A DNA stretch of 60,577 nt, taken from IMG/VR virus record IMGVR_UViG_3300020045_000790, positions 1-60,577 of that record; one strand, written 5' to 3'. The position numbers and the translations under genes are program-made. The stretch comes from a virus. Lineage: Duplodnaviria; Caudoviricetes. Shown here piece by piece: positions 29,871 through 40,668 of the stretch (position 1 is its first letter; each line of letters begins with the position of its first letter). The notes below the pieces were generated by a model. It worked only from the letters and a program-made list of their open reading frames with translations. It was not told the DNA's origin and did no database searches.

Positions 29871-30827
29871 TTATTGTAGATTGTTTTGTTGTTCTTGCCC
29901 TATTGCAAATGCAGCAACTTCAGTTTCTCTAATTGATATACCACAATATTGTAATATCTTCATTACTAATCTGTACGTGTCTTCGTATGGAAGTTCAAAG
30001 TCTTGATAATCAGGTTGTGATTGGTCAAAAACAGGCTCTCCATTTGCTAATGTAATGTATGTCCATTTTGGAGGTAAAGGGTGTCTAAAATAAACACACT
30101 CAACTTGTCCAAATTGGTTTATTGTTTTAGGATAAAGATTTATATAATCCCCTTCTAATGTATATGAAGGAAACATATTGTTAGGTTGGGTCAATAAAGA
30201 ACTATTCAACATAGTTATTTTACCAACACTTACCTTTTCAGCTTCTTTTGCTGCTTGAGAAATTATAAGATAATTTACAGGAGTTGTTAAGAAAATATCA
30301 GAGTCTAAAGTTATTGTTGTATTTGAAGAAACAACAACAACTCTTGCAGTTTTTTTTGTATTTACATTTACAACTATATCTCCTGATGTAATTCCTAAAG
30401 TAGTAAATTGTCCTGAAGAAGATATAAGTACATTAGACCCAACTGCTGTGTTAGTGCCTGCACTAATAATGTTTGTATGACAAAGCATCTTTAAAATGTA
30501 ATACGCTGTATTTCCTGTAGTGGTAACAGAAGGAACAGAAAAAGAATTGCTGCTTGGAAGTGAAGGAGTTGTCGCAGGATTAGACAAAAAGTTTGTAACT
30601 AAAAATCCTTCTATTGTTTCAGCAATAGGACCTTCAATCTCAGCATAATCGCTCCCCGCTGCACGGGCATTTTCCATATTTATAGCTTTATTGTAGCCAC
30701 TGAAGTAATCTTCAAATATCTCCATTTGTGCGTTTAAAGCATACAAATTAAAATCTGACGGAGAAATATACCCATAGTTGTTCTTATTTAGAACGGATAG
30801 TACTGTATTTCTAACTTCGTTTATCAT
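29871..30827 (-). CDS. tail adaptor/ring protein with a beta-rich insertion
   Basis: LNKNNYGYISPSDFN...Y.R.P..PKW...DFEL motif. Confidence 0.55.
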   Translation of the reverse strand: MINEVRNTVLSVLNKNNYGYISPSDFNLYALNAQMEIFEDYFSGYNKAINMENARAAGSDYAEIEGPIAETIEGFLVTNFLSNPATTPSLPSSNSFSVPSVTTTGNTAYYILKMLCHTNIISAGTNTAVGSNVLISSSGQFTTLGITSGDIVVNVNTKKTARVVVVSSNTTITLDSDIFLTTPVNYLIISQAAKEAEKVSVGKITMLNSSLLTQPNNMFPSYTLEGDYINLYPKTINQFGQVECVYFRHPLPPKWTYITLANGEPVFDQSQPDYQDFELPYEDTYRLVMKILQYCGISIRETEVAAFAIGQEQQNNLQ

Positions 30828-30842
30828 TTTAAATCTTTTTTA

Positions 30843-30850
30843 CAAATATA
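30843..30850 (-). promoter_or_regulatory. Bacteroidota-type -7 element TATATTTG (representative of the minus-strand set)
   Basis: Same element shortly upstream of starts at 22331-22338, 34346-34353, 44783-44790, 49394-49401 and 53150-53157. Confidence 0.65.
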
Positions 30851-30853
30851 CAT

Positions 30854-30882
30854 AAAAAAAAGCACAGAAATAATTCTGTGCT
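30854..30882 (-). terminator. intrinsic terminator
   Basis: AGCACAGAA-ataa-TTCTGTGCT stem followed by a T run on the minus strand. Confidence 0.7.
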
Positions 30883-30912
30883 AATTTTCGACCAAGGACA
30901 CCTCAATCCAAG

Positions 30913-31656
30913 TTATTCGCTAAGGATAGCCTCTAACATTTTTAATGCGTCTAATCCTTCATCGCTTTGAAGATAATGTCCTACCATTTCATAAGGGTCT
31001 TCCCCGAATGGTATTGACAACATTTTCTTCTTGTTAGTTGAAGTGTTAAACCAAACTTCTCTGTCGTTATTTCTCAATGCTAATAGTTTACTCTCGAAGA
31101 ATAAACGAACTTTAGCTTGGAATTGTAACTCAGGGTCGTTCAATATGTTTAAGAAATCTCTCGGCTCTGATTTAGCATAAACTAAAATATCTCTCTTCAG
31201 AATATCTGATGGATAGATAGAAGGGTCTTTGCCAAACATTACACGTGTAAGAGTTTCGATTTGTTCAATAGAAAGTTCTCTTGCTGCAATTAACGCATCT
31301 ATTTCAAGATTCATATCTGCAACTTCTTCTTCTGCTTCTTTTTGTTCGTCAACTTCAACAAACACATTCCCGTTTAAAGGGTGGTAGTGAAGGAACTCTT
31401 GTAGCACAGGATTTGTTTTTGGAACACTCAAGAATCCATCTTCAAAGATGATTGGTTCTACAATAGCGTTTCCGTCTTGTTCGTCCTCAAAAGGACTTTT
31501 TTGATTTACAGCATATCTTAATGCTCTGTTTTGTTGTTTGTCTTCATCAAACCACATTAAAGGAAAACGTGGGTGGTTTCTTGATGCTAAACTATAGGAA
31601 AGTGGACTTCCTGTTTTCAATTTATAGACCTTATCTGCTAATTTTACTTTTGCCAT
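30913..31656 (-). CDS. conserved hypothetical protein downstream of the capsid gene
   Basis: 247-aa ORF with good start context. Confidence 0.65.
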   Translation of the reverse strand: MAKVKLADKVYKLKTGSPLSYSLASRNHPRFPLMWFDEDKQQNRALRYAVNQKSPFEDEQDGNAIVEPIIFEDGFLSVPKTNPVLQEFLHYHPLNGNVFVEVDEQKEAEEEVADMNLEIDALIAARELSIEQIETLTRVMFGKDPSIYPSDILKRDILVYAKSEPRDFLNILNDPELQFQAKVRLFFESKLLALRNNDREVWFNTSTNKKKMLSIPFGEDPYEMVGHYLQSDEGLDALKMLEAILSE

Positions 31657-31690
31657 TTTTATAAATATTAAATTCGATTTGATTTACTTT

Positions 31691-31727
31691 AAAAAATATA
31701 GAGAGTGTCTTTGAAGACACTCCCTAT
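31691..31727 (-). terminator. terminator after the major capsid gene, built around the 16-bp palindrome
   Basis: ATAGAGAGTGTCTTTGAAGACACTCCCTAT stem flanked by A and T runs. Confidence 0.6.
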
Positions 31728-31741
31728 TTTTTATGCTTCTA

Positions 31742-33172
31742 TTATCCGAAACGGAATAATACGAAGTTATTTGCTCCAAGAGTACAAACACATCTTTCAG
31801 ATAAGAAGTTAACCTCCATTGCATCTAAGTCAGATGTTTGAGCACCTCCGGCAGAACCTGTAATCCAAGTTTTGTAACGTCTGTCCTCAGCTTCAGAAGC
31901 TCTATATCTTACGTGTAAGAATGGACGTTTAGCGTTTTTACCTAAGATTTGGTCATACACTGAAGTAGAACCCGCAGGAACTAATAAACCTGTAATAGTA
32001 CCTGTTGCAGTTGCAGCAGTAGTATTTAAACCACCACGCATAGTTGGGTCGTTTAAGTATTTCCAATCAGATTTGTAGAAATCGTAACCTCTACGGAATC
32101 CTGTGAAACCTAAGTTCAATGCCATATCAATATCATTGTCGAATAAACCGAATGATGCAGACTGAGCAACACCACCTGAAGTATATCCATTCAATGTAGC
32201 TAACATATTGTCGATGTCGAAAGACAATCCACGGTTAACGAATAAAGCATTTTCTTCAATAGCTCCTTGTTTGTCTAAACGAGAAACGATTGTATCCCAA
32301 TCTTGAAGAGTAGTTGGTGTACCACCTCCCCAAACGTTACCTCTACTGTTTACAACGTAGAAGATACCTTCAGAACCACCTTGACCGTTTCCACCTAATA
32401 CAGCAGAAGCTCCTGAGTTGTTCTCAGCAGGAACAGCCTCAATCATTGCAGTTTCTAAGTAATCCTCGAAACGTAAACGAGTTTCGTGCTCTGATTTCAA
32501 GTACCATAAGTACCCTGTAGCACCATTCTCAGTTGTAACTTCAACCCAACCAATTTGAGCCATATCAGAACCATTAACAGCATATTTATCTTTAATGATA
32601 ATAGGCTTGTTAGAGAAGATTTCATCTTCTGATTCTAATGAACCAACCATTCCGTTAGTTCCTTTTTTGAACTCAGAACCGTAAATGAATACAGTACATT
32701 GAGTAGATACAGCAAATGCTTGACCTGCTGCTTCGTAGTAAGCTACTGTGAAAGTAGTTGCAGAAGGAACAGCAGTTACAATTCCTTTGTTGTAAACACC
32801 TGAAGCGTTGTTTTGAATCATAACGGTTTGACCCACTCTGATTGCGATGTAAGTAACACCTGAATCAGCTACAGTGAAAGTTGCAGTGTTTGAAGCTGCT
32901 GCTGCTGCTGAAGTACAGTTAGTGTACTTAATGTGAAGACGACCTTGTTCTGCCCATTTGATTTGGTCAGAGTTAGAAGGCATCTCAGCACCTACCATTC
33001 TCAAGAATGATGCGATGGTTCTATTACCATAACGCTCAAATTCTTTCTCGTAAGTATCAGGAAGATACTGATTTAAGAAGTTGAAGTTGGTAATGTAGTT
33101 TGTCTGTAATGCTACTTGCTCAGCACTTGGCTGTAATTGATAAGTAGGATTGTTTAATAAAGCACTTGCCAT
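31742..33172 (-). CDS. major capsid protein
   Basis: 476 aa; follows portal and scaffold; strong codon bias; followed by a terminator. Confidence 0.8.
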   Translation of the reverse strand: MASALLNNPTYQLQPSAEQVALQTNYITNFNFLNQYLPDTYEKEFERYGNRTIASFLRMVGAEMPSNSDQIKWAEQGRLHIKYTNCTSAAAAASNTATFTVADSGVTYIAIRVGQTVMIQNNASGVYNKGIVTAVPSATTFTVAYYEAAGQAFAVSTQCTVFIYGSEFKKGTNGMVGSLESEDEIFSNKPIIIKDKYAVNGSDMAQIGWVEVTTENGATGYLWYLKSEHETRLRFEDYLETAMIEAVPAENNSGASAVLGGNGQGGSEGIFYVVNSRGNVWGGGTPTTLQDWDTIVSRLDKQGAIEENALFVNRGLSFDIDNMLATLNGYTSGGVAQSASFGLFDNDIDMALNLGFTGFRRGYDFYKSDWKYLNDPTMRGGLNTTAATATGTITGLLVPAGSTSVYDQILGKNAKRPFLHVRYRASEAEDRRYKTWITGSAGGAQTSDLDAMEVNFLSERCVCTLGANNFVLFRFG

Positions 33173-33190
33173 TTTTAATTGATTTTAGTT

Positions 33191-34324
33191 TTACATTTTT
33201 TTGATACTACGGATTTTTAGGCTTCTACCCGAATCAGGATTTACCGCTTTTACCTGTATCCCATCAGTAGGTCTTGTTGCTTCAGGAGCTCTACGCTCAG
33301 ACATTTGAATATTTTTAATATTTCTCATCGTCCCGTCAACTGCATCTGCCTTGCCTTGCTCATAAAAGAACGCAGCAAACCTCTCAGGGTTCATAGCAAC
33401 CGCTAATGATTTGTGGTATCCAACTGCATCTTTAATCAAACCTTGCTCGTCCAAGAACTTAGTTATAAAGTTCAAAGGAGTTGCCTGATTCTTTTTCAAT
33501 TCAGCCTTGTCTCCCGGAGTAAAAGTAATTTTCTTATCATTGATTGAAAATTCAAAACCTTTAAAGTCATCACTGAAGACCTCTTCTGTTTTTTGATTAA
33601 ACCAATCACGTTTTCGTTCATTTTCCTCCTCAATCGTTTTTGATTGCTCGATATATCGCTTATAGTTTTCGTAAGCTTCTTTTTGCTCTTCAGAAACAGA
33701 ATCAGCTCTTGACTCAAGAGGGATTCTATATTTTTCTTTCTGAGTGTTAAAAAACTTCTTGGCTTCAGCGACAGCCTTTTTTGTTTCTAATTTTATTTTT
33801 CTGATTGTCAACTCATCATCAATGTCTTCATCATATCTATAGTCGTCCATTAAAACGTCTATATCATCTGCGTCAAGACCTTCTTGCGTAGAACTCAAAT
33901 ACTCTCTTAAAAGAGTTTCAGGGTCCATTGAGTCAACATCTCTATTTAGCTGCATAAAGTCATTTATGCCTCTACCTGTTTCTTGTTTGTATTTTAAATA
34001 AGCAGCAACGTCCTCAGGCAAAGCCTCAGTCTCTTCTCTTTGTGCTGTTAATTCATCTAATGAATTAATCTGCTTATTATATCTTTTTCCAATATATGAA
34101 AGAACTTGCTCTTCTGATAACTCATAAGAACTATCATCATCTGCGGGTGGTGCATCAACAGGTGGCACATCAGCCGGTGGCGTATCAACAGGCGGCACAT
34201 CAGCCGGCTTTGGATTACTAATATCTGCAAATTGTTGTTCGTGTTTATCAAGCAACTCTTGCTCTACTTGTACAGCACTTTTTTGCTCAGCACCGTCTAA
34301 CGCTCTTACTTTGAAATTTTCCAT
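33191..34324 (-). CDS. capsid scaffolding protein
   Basis: Acidic, helical, Pro-rich N-terminal repeats; between portal and capsid genes. Confidence 0.65.
   Translation of the reverse strand: MENFKVRALDGAEQKSAVQVEQELLDKHEQQFADISNPKPADVPPVDTPPADVPPVDAPPADDDSSYELSEEQVLSYIGKRYNKQINSLDELTAQREETEALPEDVAAYLKYKQETGRGINDFMQLNRDVDSMDPETLLREYLSSTQEGLDADDIDVLMDDYRYDEDIDDELTIRKIKLETKKAVAEAKKFFNTQKEKYRIPLESRADSVSEEQKEAYENYKRYIEQSKTIEEENERKRDWFNQKTEEVFSDDFKGFEFSINDKKITFTPGDKAELKKNQATPLNFITKFLDEQGLIKDAVGYHKSLAVAMNPERFAAFFYEQGKADAVDGTMRNIKNIQMSERRAPEATRPTDGIQVKAVNPDSGRSLKIRSIKKM
34140..34207 (-). repeat. ~30-bp in-frame tandem repeat (PADVPPVDxP)
   Basis: Protein reads PADVPPVDTPPADVPPVDAPPAD. Confidence 0.75.
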
Positions 34325-34370
34325 TTGATTTGATTTAATTTGTTACAAATATATAATAATTTTTTAATAT

Positions 34371-36806
34371 TTATCGAGGCTCAAATTCTCCAAAGTCAAA
34401 ACCATCTAAACTGTCCTCATTTGATTCAAAATTTAAAGGAGGAAGGTTGTTCTTTCTTTGGTTTATTAATTTTGACTGCTCAGTATTTTGTTGACTTATT
34501 CTCTTAGCTTTAGCATCTTCTCTTTCTTTCTCACGAGTACTTAGGTTTTCAACTTCCATACCTCTTAATTGTTGATTGTAGTCGAACTCTTCAGCCATTA
34601 ATTGAGACTTCATTTCAGCTTCTTTCTCTAATAATTGTATATCAAAAGCTACCTCAGCTTGTTTTAATTGCATTTTAGCTTGAAGCTCTGTCTGCATTTT
34701 CTGCATAGCTAATTGTCCTGCCATTTGCTGAGACTGTAATTGTTGCTGAGCCATCATTGCTTGCTTCTGCATTTCCATTTGCTCTTCACGCTCTTGTTTC
34801 TTAACACGTTTCATTTTAAGCAATTGGTTTGCAAGTTTAAGATTTTTAATCTCACGAATGTCGATAGCATCTTCAAGATTAATATCTCCTTTAGATAATG
34901 CCATTTGAACATTAGCTTCAAGTTGTGCTTTTTGCTCTTCATCAGGAGAAACCTCAATGAAAATACCAAAGTCATAGATATAAAGGTCTTTTATCTCGTT
35001 TAAGATAGACACATTATATCTTCCGATTTTATTAATAAAGTCTTCCTTGAAATCAGAGTACTCTAAAATATCAGCTATTCTATAAGTTAGAGCTTCTGCT
35101 AAAGTTTTGTAAATAAACAAACTACTATCCAAAATATGTCTTGTAGCTGTATTTGAATTTAACGATGCTAACTTCTGAACACCAACCAATGAATTAGGGT
35201 CAGGCATAGAACCATCACGAGCCTCATTAAGACCGGTTACAGTTCTAATCATATCCATATAATGATTGTAATTAGAAATAAGCATTTGTGTTTTTGCAGC
35301 CCCTGAGTTAGAGTTTAACTGAGTAATAGGCACTCTTGCATTATTAAATTCTCCGTCTTGAGTATAACTACGTCCAATAACAGAACCTGTTTGGAAATAT
35401 AATCTCAATGCGTCCTCAGGATTATAAGCAGCACCTGTTCCTAAATCAACCTCATTCAATCCATCAGCATCAATGAATACCCCATCAGGAACAGTTCTAT
35501 TGATTACTTGTTGTAGTTTTAAGTGAGTAAGCTGTATAAGGTCGGCAAAAGGAATCATTCTACGTACCAAAGATTCTATAACTCCTTTATACATACGTGG
35601 AGCACAAGCTACATAATTTGGTATTGCGTGTTGAGAAGCAGATTTAGGTCTAACCATATTCTTAGAAAGCTCCCACTTTAAAAGTATATTAGTTCCCATA
35701 ACCATAACTCCTTCATACCAAACATCAATTGTTTTTTCTATTTTCTCGAAATTACCTTCTTCCATCATTTCTGTTGGAGGATTGAATGTTTCGTCTTTCT
35801 CTATAACACGAACATTTCCATTGTCAAGAACTTTTCTTTTATAAACAATCTTCTTAGTGGTTTTATAATTGAAATACATCAACGTAGCTGTATCTCTTGA
35901 GAATACACTATTCTCGTAGAACTGAGCAACATTATAATAGTCATACCACGCTTGGCTATACTGAGTAATTTCTTGAAGGTCTTCTTTAGTTAAAGTAGGG
36001 TCAATTTTCATTAACTCTGTAAGTGGAAGTGTTTTAATTTCTCCCCAATAGAAACAATCTCTAAAGAAAGGGTCTTCTGTATAAGAGTAAACAACATTTG
36101 CAGGGTCAACATAAGATATTTGAACTCCTGAACCTTGAAGAAACTCGTGCTTTGCAATAGATACTCCTATTACAGCTGCATCATAGTTAAGTCTTTTTCT
36201 GATGTTATCGTAATGATTCTCATCAAACATAGTATTGATAGCCTCTTCTTCAGCTATCTCAATAGCAGGCTTATAGTTAAGCTGCATATATAAGCTTAAT
36301 TCTTCATCTGTCTCAGGAAGTTTCTCAGGGTCCATCATAAATGTATCTACACCTGTTTTTTCTTTAATGGTTTGAAGGATTGGTTTTGCAATCATTTGTC
36401 CTTCAAGCATTTCCTGATACTTGTTTCTTTTCGCTTGAGACATAGCGTCTTGAGCGTATGCTTTTACTTTAAAAAGTCTGTCAGACATTCCATTAACAAC
36501 AATATCAACGAACTTCGGAATTATAGGAACAGGTGTCCAATCTAAATTTAGATAAGATAAATCCCCATCAATTGCCAATTCACTCTTGTATTTCGCTACA
36601 GACTGCTCGCCTCTTGCATAAAGTCTCAATCTATTAAACTCTCTCCACTGACTGTAATATCTACAGTTGCTTCCGTCTTTTCTAAACCACTCGTACTGAA
36701 TAGCTTGACCAACTTGTAAACCAAATTGAGAAGTTGCTTTCTCCGCATCAGTAGCTAACTGACTTGGAAAGGCTGACGATGTAATATCTATTGTTATGTT
36801 TTTCAT
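34371..36806 (-). CDS. portal protein
   Basis: 811 aa after terminase; PIIPKFVDIVVNG, TGLNEARDG, Gln/Met-rich C-terminal coil. Confidence 0.8.
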   Translation of the reverse strand: MKNITIDITSSAFPSQLATDAEKATSQFGLQVGQAIQYEWFRKDGSNCRYYSQWREFNRLRLYARGEQSVAKYKSELAIDGDLSYLNLDWTPVPIIPKFVDIVVNGMSDRLFKVKAYAQDAMSQAKRNKYQEMLEGQMIAKPILQTIKEKTGVDTFMMDPEKLPETDEELSLYMQLNYKPAIEIAEEEAINTMFDENHYDNIRKRLNYDAAVIGVSIAKHEFLQGSGVQISYVDPANVVYSYTEDPFFRDCFYWGEIKTLPLTELMKIDPTLTKEDLQEITQYSQAWYDYYNVAQFYENSVFSRDTATLMYFNYKTTKKIVYKRKVLDNGNVRVIEKDETFNPPTEMMEEGNFEKIEKTIDVWYEGVMVMGTNILLKWELSKNMVRPKSASQHAIPNYVACAPRMYKGVIESLVRRMIPFADLIQLTHLKLQQVINRTVPDGVFIDADGLNEVDLGTGAAYNPEDALRLYFQTGSVIGRSYTQDGEFNNARVPITQLNSNSGAAKTQMLISNYNHYMDMIRTVTGLNEARDGSMPDPNSLVGVQKLASLNSNTATRHILDSSLFIYKTLAEALTYRIADILEYSDFKEDFINKIGRYNVSILNEIKDLYIYDFGIFIEVSPDEEQKAQLEANVQMALSKGDINLEDAIDIREIKNLKLANQLLKMKRVKKQEREEQMEMQKQAMMAQQQLQSQQMAGQLAMQKMQTELQAKMQLKQAEVAFDIQLLEKEAEMKSQLMAEEFDYNQQLRGMEVENLSTREKEREDAKAKRISQQNTEQSKLINQRKNNLPPLNFESNEDSLDGFDFGEFEPR

Positions 36807-39049
36807 CTAATTAATTGACTATTAGTTCCATCATTTGAATACCTTGCGAAGTTAAGAATAATTTTTGAATCTTTTTTCTCAGGTAGATATAAATGCTTTT
36901 GATTAGCCATAATAGCCAATCCCGAGCTAATTGAGGCATCAAATTTAGTCCTGTCGTTTATATCAAACTTCGCCCAATCCTCCAATGTTCTTATAAAAGG
37001 CATATTGCCAATCTCATCAGGGTCTCTATATATACCACCCATATCGAAACCAATGTACTTTTCGATATAAGATTCAATAGCAGATGCGTGAGACTGCTTA
37101 ACATCTTCAGAAGAGTTTGGTATTCCTCCGAGCTCACGTTCTGTTTTTGTAAGTTTGTTGTATTGTTTGTCAGGTCTATTTAGTGAGAAACCTCTATATC
37201 CTCTGTTTTTGAAATGGTATAAAAGCCTTGGCTTATTATTCTCTATAAGAATAGGCATACCGTAAAACACACAAGCCATAAGAACATCTTCAAAAAATAT
37301 CTCAGCGGTTTGTGGTCTTGCTATGTATTCTAAGAAAAACTCATTTGAAGGAGCTTCGTCCATATTGAATTTAGTCAATCCGTGAAGAGAACCATTAGAC
37401 CCTCTACCTCCAACTACCGCAGAAATATCATACGGGTCGCAGCCGAACGAACCAATATGGTCATTTCCGGGATATTTAATACCTCCTCTTATATGAACAT
37501 TATTTTGTAAGTGTCTTGCCGGTGTCCAACTAACTAAGAACCTGCCTCTTGAATCAGGAGTGAATACAACCTTAGTATCTTTCATTCCGTCTAACCAATG
37601 GAAAGAACCTTTTGTTATATAGTGCTCTTTAATTAAGCTGTCATTATAATCTATCTGTTGGTATATCTTCGTAAGGTTGAACAAAGATTGTTTACTCTCA
37701 TCTCTAAAAGCGTGAGACTCTGTTCTTGGGAACTGACGATAAAACTCGTTAAGTGCATCGGCATCATTCTTCAATGAATCAACCTCTGCTTCCCAATAAT
37801 CTATTGCACCATTTTTTATCCAAGAGTTATCAACTCCCATAATTGACTCTTTCGGCTTGTAGAATACAGGCATACCATATCTGTCAATAAATCCTTCCAT
37901 ATTCCATTCCATAGGAATAAATAATGAATACAGCCCTGATTTGGTTTGTCCGTTGGCATTTCTAATTGCAACATTAGAATCCTCGTACATATCCTTATAG
38001 TTTTGTCCTCCTTTTGATAAAGCATTTGAAGTTGAACCCATCATACACTTTCCAATAATCTTAGAACCTAATCGAAGACAAGTTTTGGTTACTCGCCAAT
38101 TCTCTTTAATATTATTCGGCTTGGTCCATTTACCGCTTTCATCGTGAGCTAAGAATAAAAGTTTTTCCCCGTCATACGAGTTGTCCTCTGTATTCTTCCA
38201 ATCTATTGATGTATCTAATCCTTGTATTATTTCAGCCTCTGAATCATACATATTTTTCTTCGTAATCTTAGAAGCAGGTACTCTAAACGCTAATTCTGTT
38301 TTAGGTTTATCCATACCGTCCATAATTGGTTTGAAGAAAAACGGAAGTCTGCTATTGATAGGAACAACTTTGTCTGTAAACATTTTTTTGGCATCGGCTC
38401 CTGTTTTAGATAAGATACCAACCCGTGAATCTTTTGCAAGTGTTCCAATATTAACAGCTTCAGAAGAAGACATAAAAGAGAACCCTGAACGTCTAATTTT
38501 AAGATATATCATTCCGAAACATCTCTCATCAGCTTTGCAGGCTTCCCAAAACAACCAATAGATTCTATTGGCTTCACGAAAGTCAGGATAACCAACGTCA
38601 ATACTTGACCATTGTAGGTACATATAATGAGAACCGGTTATATAGGTTTTGACTCCATTGTTCATAAACCAAAAGCCCTGTTCTCTAAAATCAAATTCCT
38701 GTTCAATATAATCTACCCATCTGTTTTTAAATTCAGCAGGCATTTCATTCCATTGGAATATTGATTGTATTCTTTGTAGTGATTTAGGAAGCGGCTGTCT
38801 TTCCCAATATTGTTCAGCCTTACTTGAGTGTCTTTGAAGACACTTGTCGGGAGTAGGTGGTAGTGCTATATAAACACCTGAGATATTTATTATATCTCCG
38901 ATTTGTCCTGTTTTGGAAATTACTACTACATTGTATTGGTTATTATAGCCATATATCCAAGACTTCACTCTGTTCTTATTAGAGATAACGCCCTTAGGTA
39001 TATAGTCATTGACTACAGTGTATAAGTTATTTTGACCTTCTTTCTGCAA
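36803..39049 (-). CDS. terL: terminase large subunit
   Basis: KIRRSGFS Walker A variant, HDESGKW Walker B, MGST, nuclease GCDPYD, IENNK, TKFDA. Confidence 0.85.
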   Translation of the reverse strand: MQKEGQNNLYTVVNDYIPKGVISNKNRVKSWIYGYNNQYNVVVISKTGQIGDIINISGVYIALPPTPDKCLQRHSSKAEQYWERQPLPKSLQRIQSIFQWNEMPAEFKNRWVDYIEQEFDFREQGFWFMNNGVKTYITGSHYMYLQWSSIDVGYPDFREANRIYWLFWEACKADERCFGMIYLKIRRSGFSFMSSSEAVNIGTLAKDSRVGILSKTGADAKKMFTDKVVPINSRLPFFFKPIMDGMDKPKTELAFRVPASKITKKNMYDSEAEIIQGLDTSIDWKNTEDNSYDGEKLLFLAHDESGKWTKPNNIKENWRVTKTCLRLGSKIIGKCMMGSTSNALSKGGQNYKDMYEDSNVAIRNANGQTKSGLYSLFIPMEWNMEGFIDRYGMPVFYKPKESIMGVDNSWIKNGAIDYWEAEVDSLKNDADALNEFYRQFPRTESHAFRDESKQSLFNLTKIYQQIDYNDSLIKEHYITKGSFHWLDGMKDTKVVFTPDSRGRFLVSWTPARHLQNNVHIRGGIKYPGNDHIGSFGCDPYDISAVVGGRGSNGSLHGLTKFNMDEAPSNEFFLEYIARPQTAEIFFEDVLMACVFYGMPILIENNKPRLLYHFKNRGYRGFSLNRPDKQYNKLTKTERELGGIPNSSEDVKQSHASAIESYIEKYIGFDMGGIYRDPDEIGNMPFIRTLEDWAKFDINDRTKFDASISSGLAIMANQKHLYLPEKKDSKIILNFARYSNDGTNSQLIR

Positions 39050-39311
39050 ACCCTTGTTTTGTATCAGTTACACTTCCTCCTTTTTCAGACAGCTCTATGC
39101 TCTCTTTTTCAGCCTCAATTCTATTTAGAATTTCAAACGCATCAAATATAGCTAATTTCTTCGTTGCTGCTGCATTTTTTAATTTATCAGCAGCCAAGTC
39201 ATCTCCTTCACTGTTTGGGTCCAATATGGAATCCTCAGCAACCTTGATTAGTTCTTCTACAGCTCTATGTCCCGCTGCTATTATCTTTAGTTTTATTTCT
39301 TTACTATCCAT
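39027..39311 (-). CDS. putative terminase small subunit
   Basis: Small helical ORF overlapping the terL start. Confidence 0.4.
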   Translation of the reverse strand: MDSKEIKLKIIAAGHRAVEELIKVAEDSILDPNSEGDDLAADKLKNAAATKKLAIFDAFEILNRIEAEKESIELSEKGGSVTDTKQGFAERRSK

Positions 39312-39314
39312 AAC

Positions 39315-39881
39315 TTATCTATAAAACATTACATAAACCATTCTACCTTCTTTCCAACCTGTATTTGGATACTTGCTATGAAAATAATTTGACGGATACA
39401 TTAATGCCCTATTTGGTCTATAGCCAACAACAGAGTGTAAATCCCAATTATCTAATTGATTAGCTTCCTCTAAGAGAAATCTATTCGCTTCTTCGTCAGA
39501 CACATCGAGAGGCATTTCATATCCAATCTCTTTGTGTTTCCAAAATGCAGTTCCGTGAAGTCCTTCTTTAGTCGATGGAGATATATATAACACCAAAGCT
39601 CGTTCAGGTCTAATGTCTCCTACTTTTGAGTCTGCGTGTATTCTCCAATCAGTATCTAATTCTTCTGTAGCTACTCTAAAAAACCCTAATAAGCATTCTC
39701 TTTTCACTCCATCTATTTCACTTAACTTATCAAGAACTAAATTGTCAAATTCCTCATTAGTATATTGCACCCAAAAAGGTTTATCTCCTACTTCAACTTT
39801 TACAAATTCATTATCTGATAAATGTTGATAAACAGATTCGTATATTTCTTTGTCTAAAAAATCATCTACAATATTTATCAT
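39315..39881 (-). CDS. 2OG-Fe(II) oxygenase
   Basis: IVDDFL, HAD (HxD), GTAF, NRALMY...FHS, distal R. Confidence 0.75.
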   Translation of the reverse strand: MINIVDDFLDKEIYESVYQHLSDNEFVKVEVGDKPFWVQYTNEEFDNLVLDKLSEIDGVKRECLLGFFRVATEELDTDWRIHADSKVGDIRPERALVLYISPSTKEGLHGTAFWKHKEIGYEMPLDVSDEEANRFLLEEANQLDNWDLHSVVGYRPNRALMYPSNYFHSKYPNTGWKEGRMVYVMFYR

Positions 39882-40441
39882 AGCTTCATAGTTATTTGGT
39901 GGTCATACATTCTGTACATCTTTTCTCCTTCAACAGTAAATTCATATTCGCTATCAGGTTTAAAACATACAAGGTCTCCTGAGTTTATTCCTTGACTAAT
40001 CAAGTATTCGTTTGGATATACCATCTTAGCCATAAGAGGCTCTTCTTTAAATGGTTTCTTGATATATGATTCAATTGCCGGAATTGGCTTCACAAAACAA
40101 TATCTATCGTACGCAAACCACTTATCTTTCTTATTGTACATAAAGAATTGGTCTGTTTCAATAAAGAACAAGTCGTCCTTAAAAAAGCTCTTTCCACTTT
40201 TCTGACGACCTCGCATATCGTTATAATATTTGAAAGCGTTGTGATGCACAAGCAATGTGTCTCCTATTTCTATAGGACCGGTATAGCCTAATGGTAATTC
40301 AACAACTTCAGCATAGCGGTTAGAAAATTTAGAATCCTCTTCTGAGGTGCTTACTATAAACTCTATTCCTGCTATGTTTTTTGTATTGTCGTATCGTTTT
40401 CCATTTTTAGGCTTTGCAATAAAGTAAAATGGAGATTTCAT
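39878..40441 (-). CDS. tandem GroES-like domain protein
   Basis: Two GroES-like repeats (IEIGDTLLVH; INSGDLVCF...FTVEGEKMYRM). Confidence 0.55.
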   Translation of the reverse strand: MKSPFYFIAKPKNGKRYDNTKNIAGIEFIVSTSEEDSKFSNRYAEVVELPLGYTGPIEIGDTLLVHHNAFKYYNDMRGRQKSGKSFFKDDLFFIETDQFFMYNKKDKWFAYDRYCFVKPIPAIESYIKKPFKEEPLMAKMVYPNEYLISQGINSGDLVCFKPDSEYEFTVEGEKMYRMYDHQITMKL

Positions 40442-40668
40442 TAAAAATTGATATTATATTCGATTGAAATTGGTATTTGAGAATTAAATTCTTTCCACAA
40501 AACAACCTCTTGTTTTACATTGATAATGTAAATTTTAAAAGAGTTTCGCTTCTCATCGTACTTAATAAGATGAATATCATTAGTATCCCCAAGCACTTTC
40601 TGCCCCACTATGTAGTGCATAGCGTTGCTCTTGTAATCAGCACCTATTGATATTTTTCTAATGTCCAT
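40441..40668 (-). CDS. hypothetical protein
   Basis: ORF track; translationally coupled. Confidence 0.6.
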   Translation of the reverse strand: MDIRKISIGADYKSNAMHYIVGQKVLGDTNDIHLIKYDEKRNSFKIYIINVKQEVVLWKEFNSQIPISIEYNINF

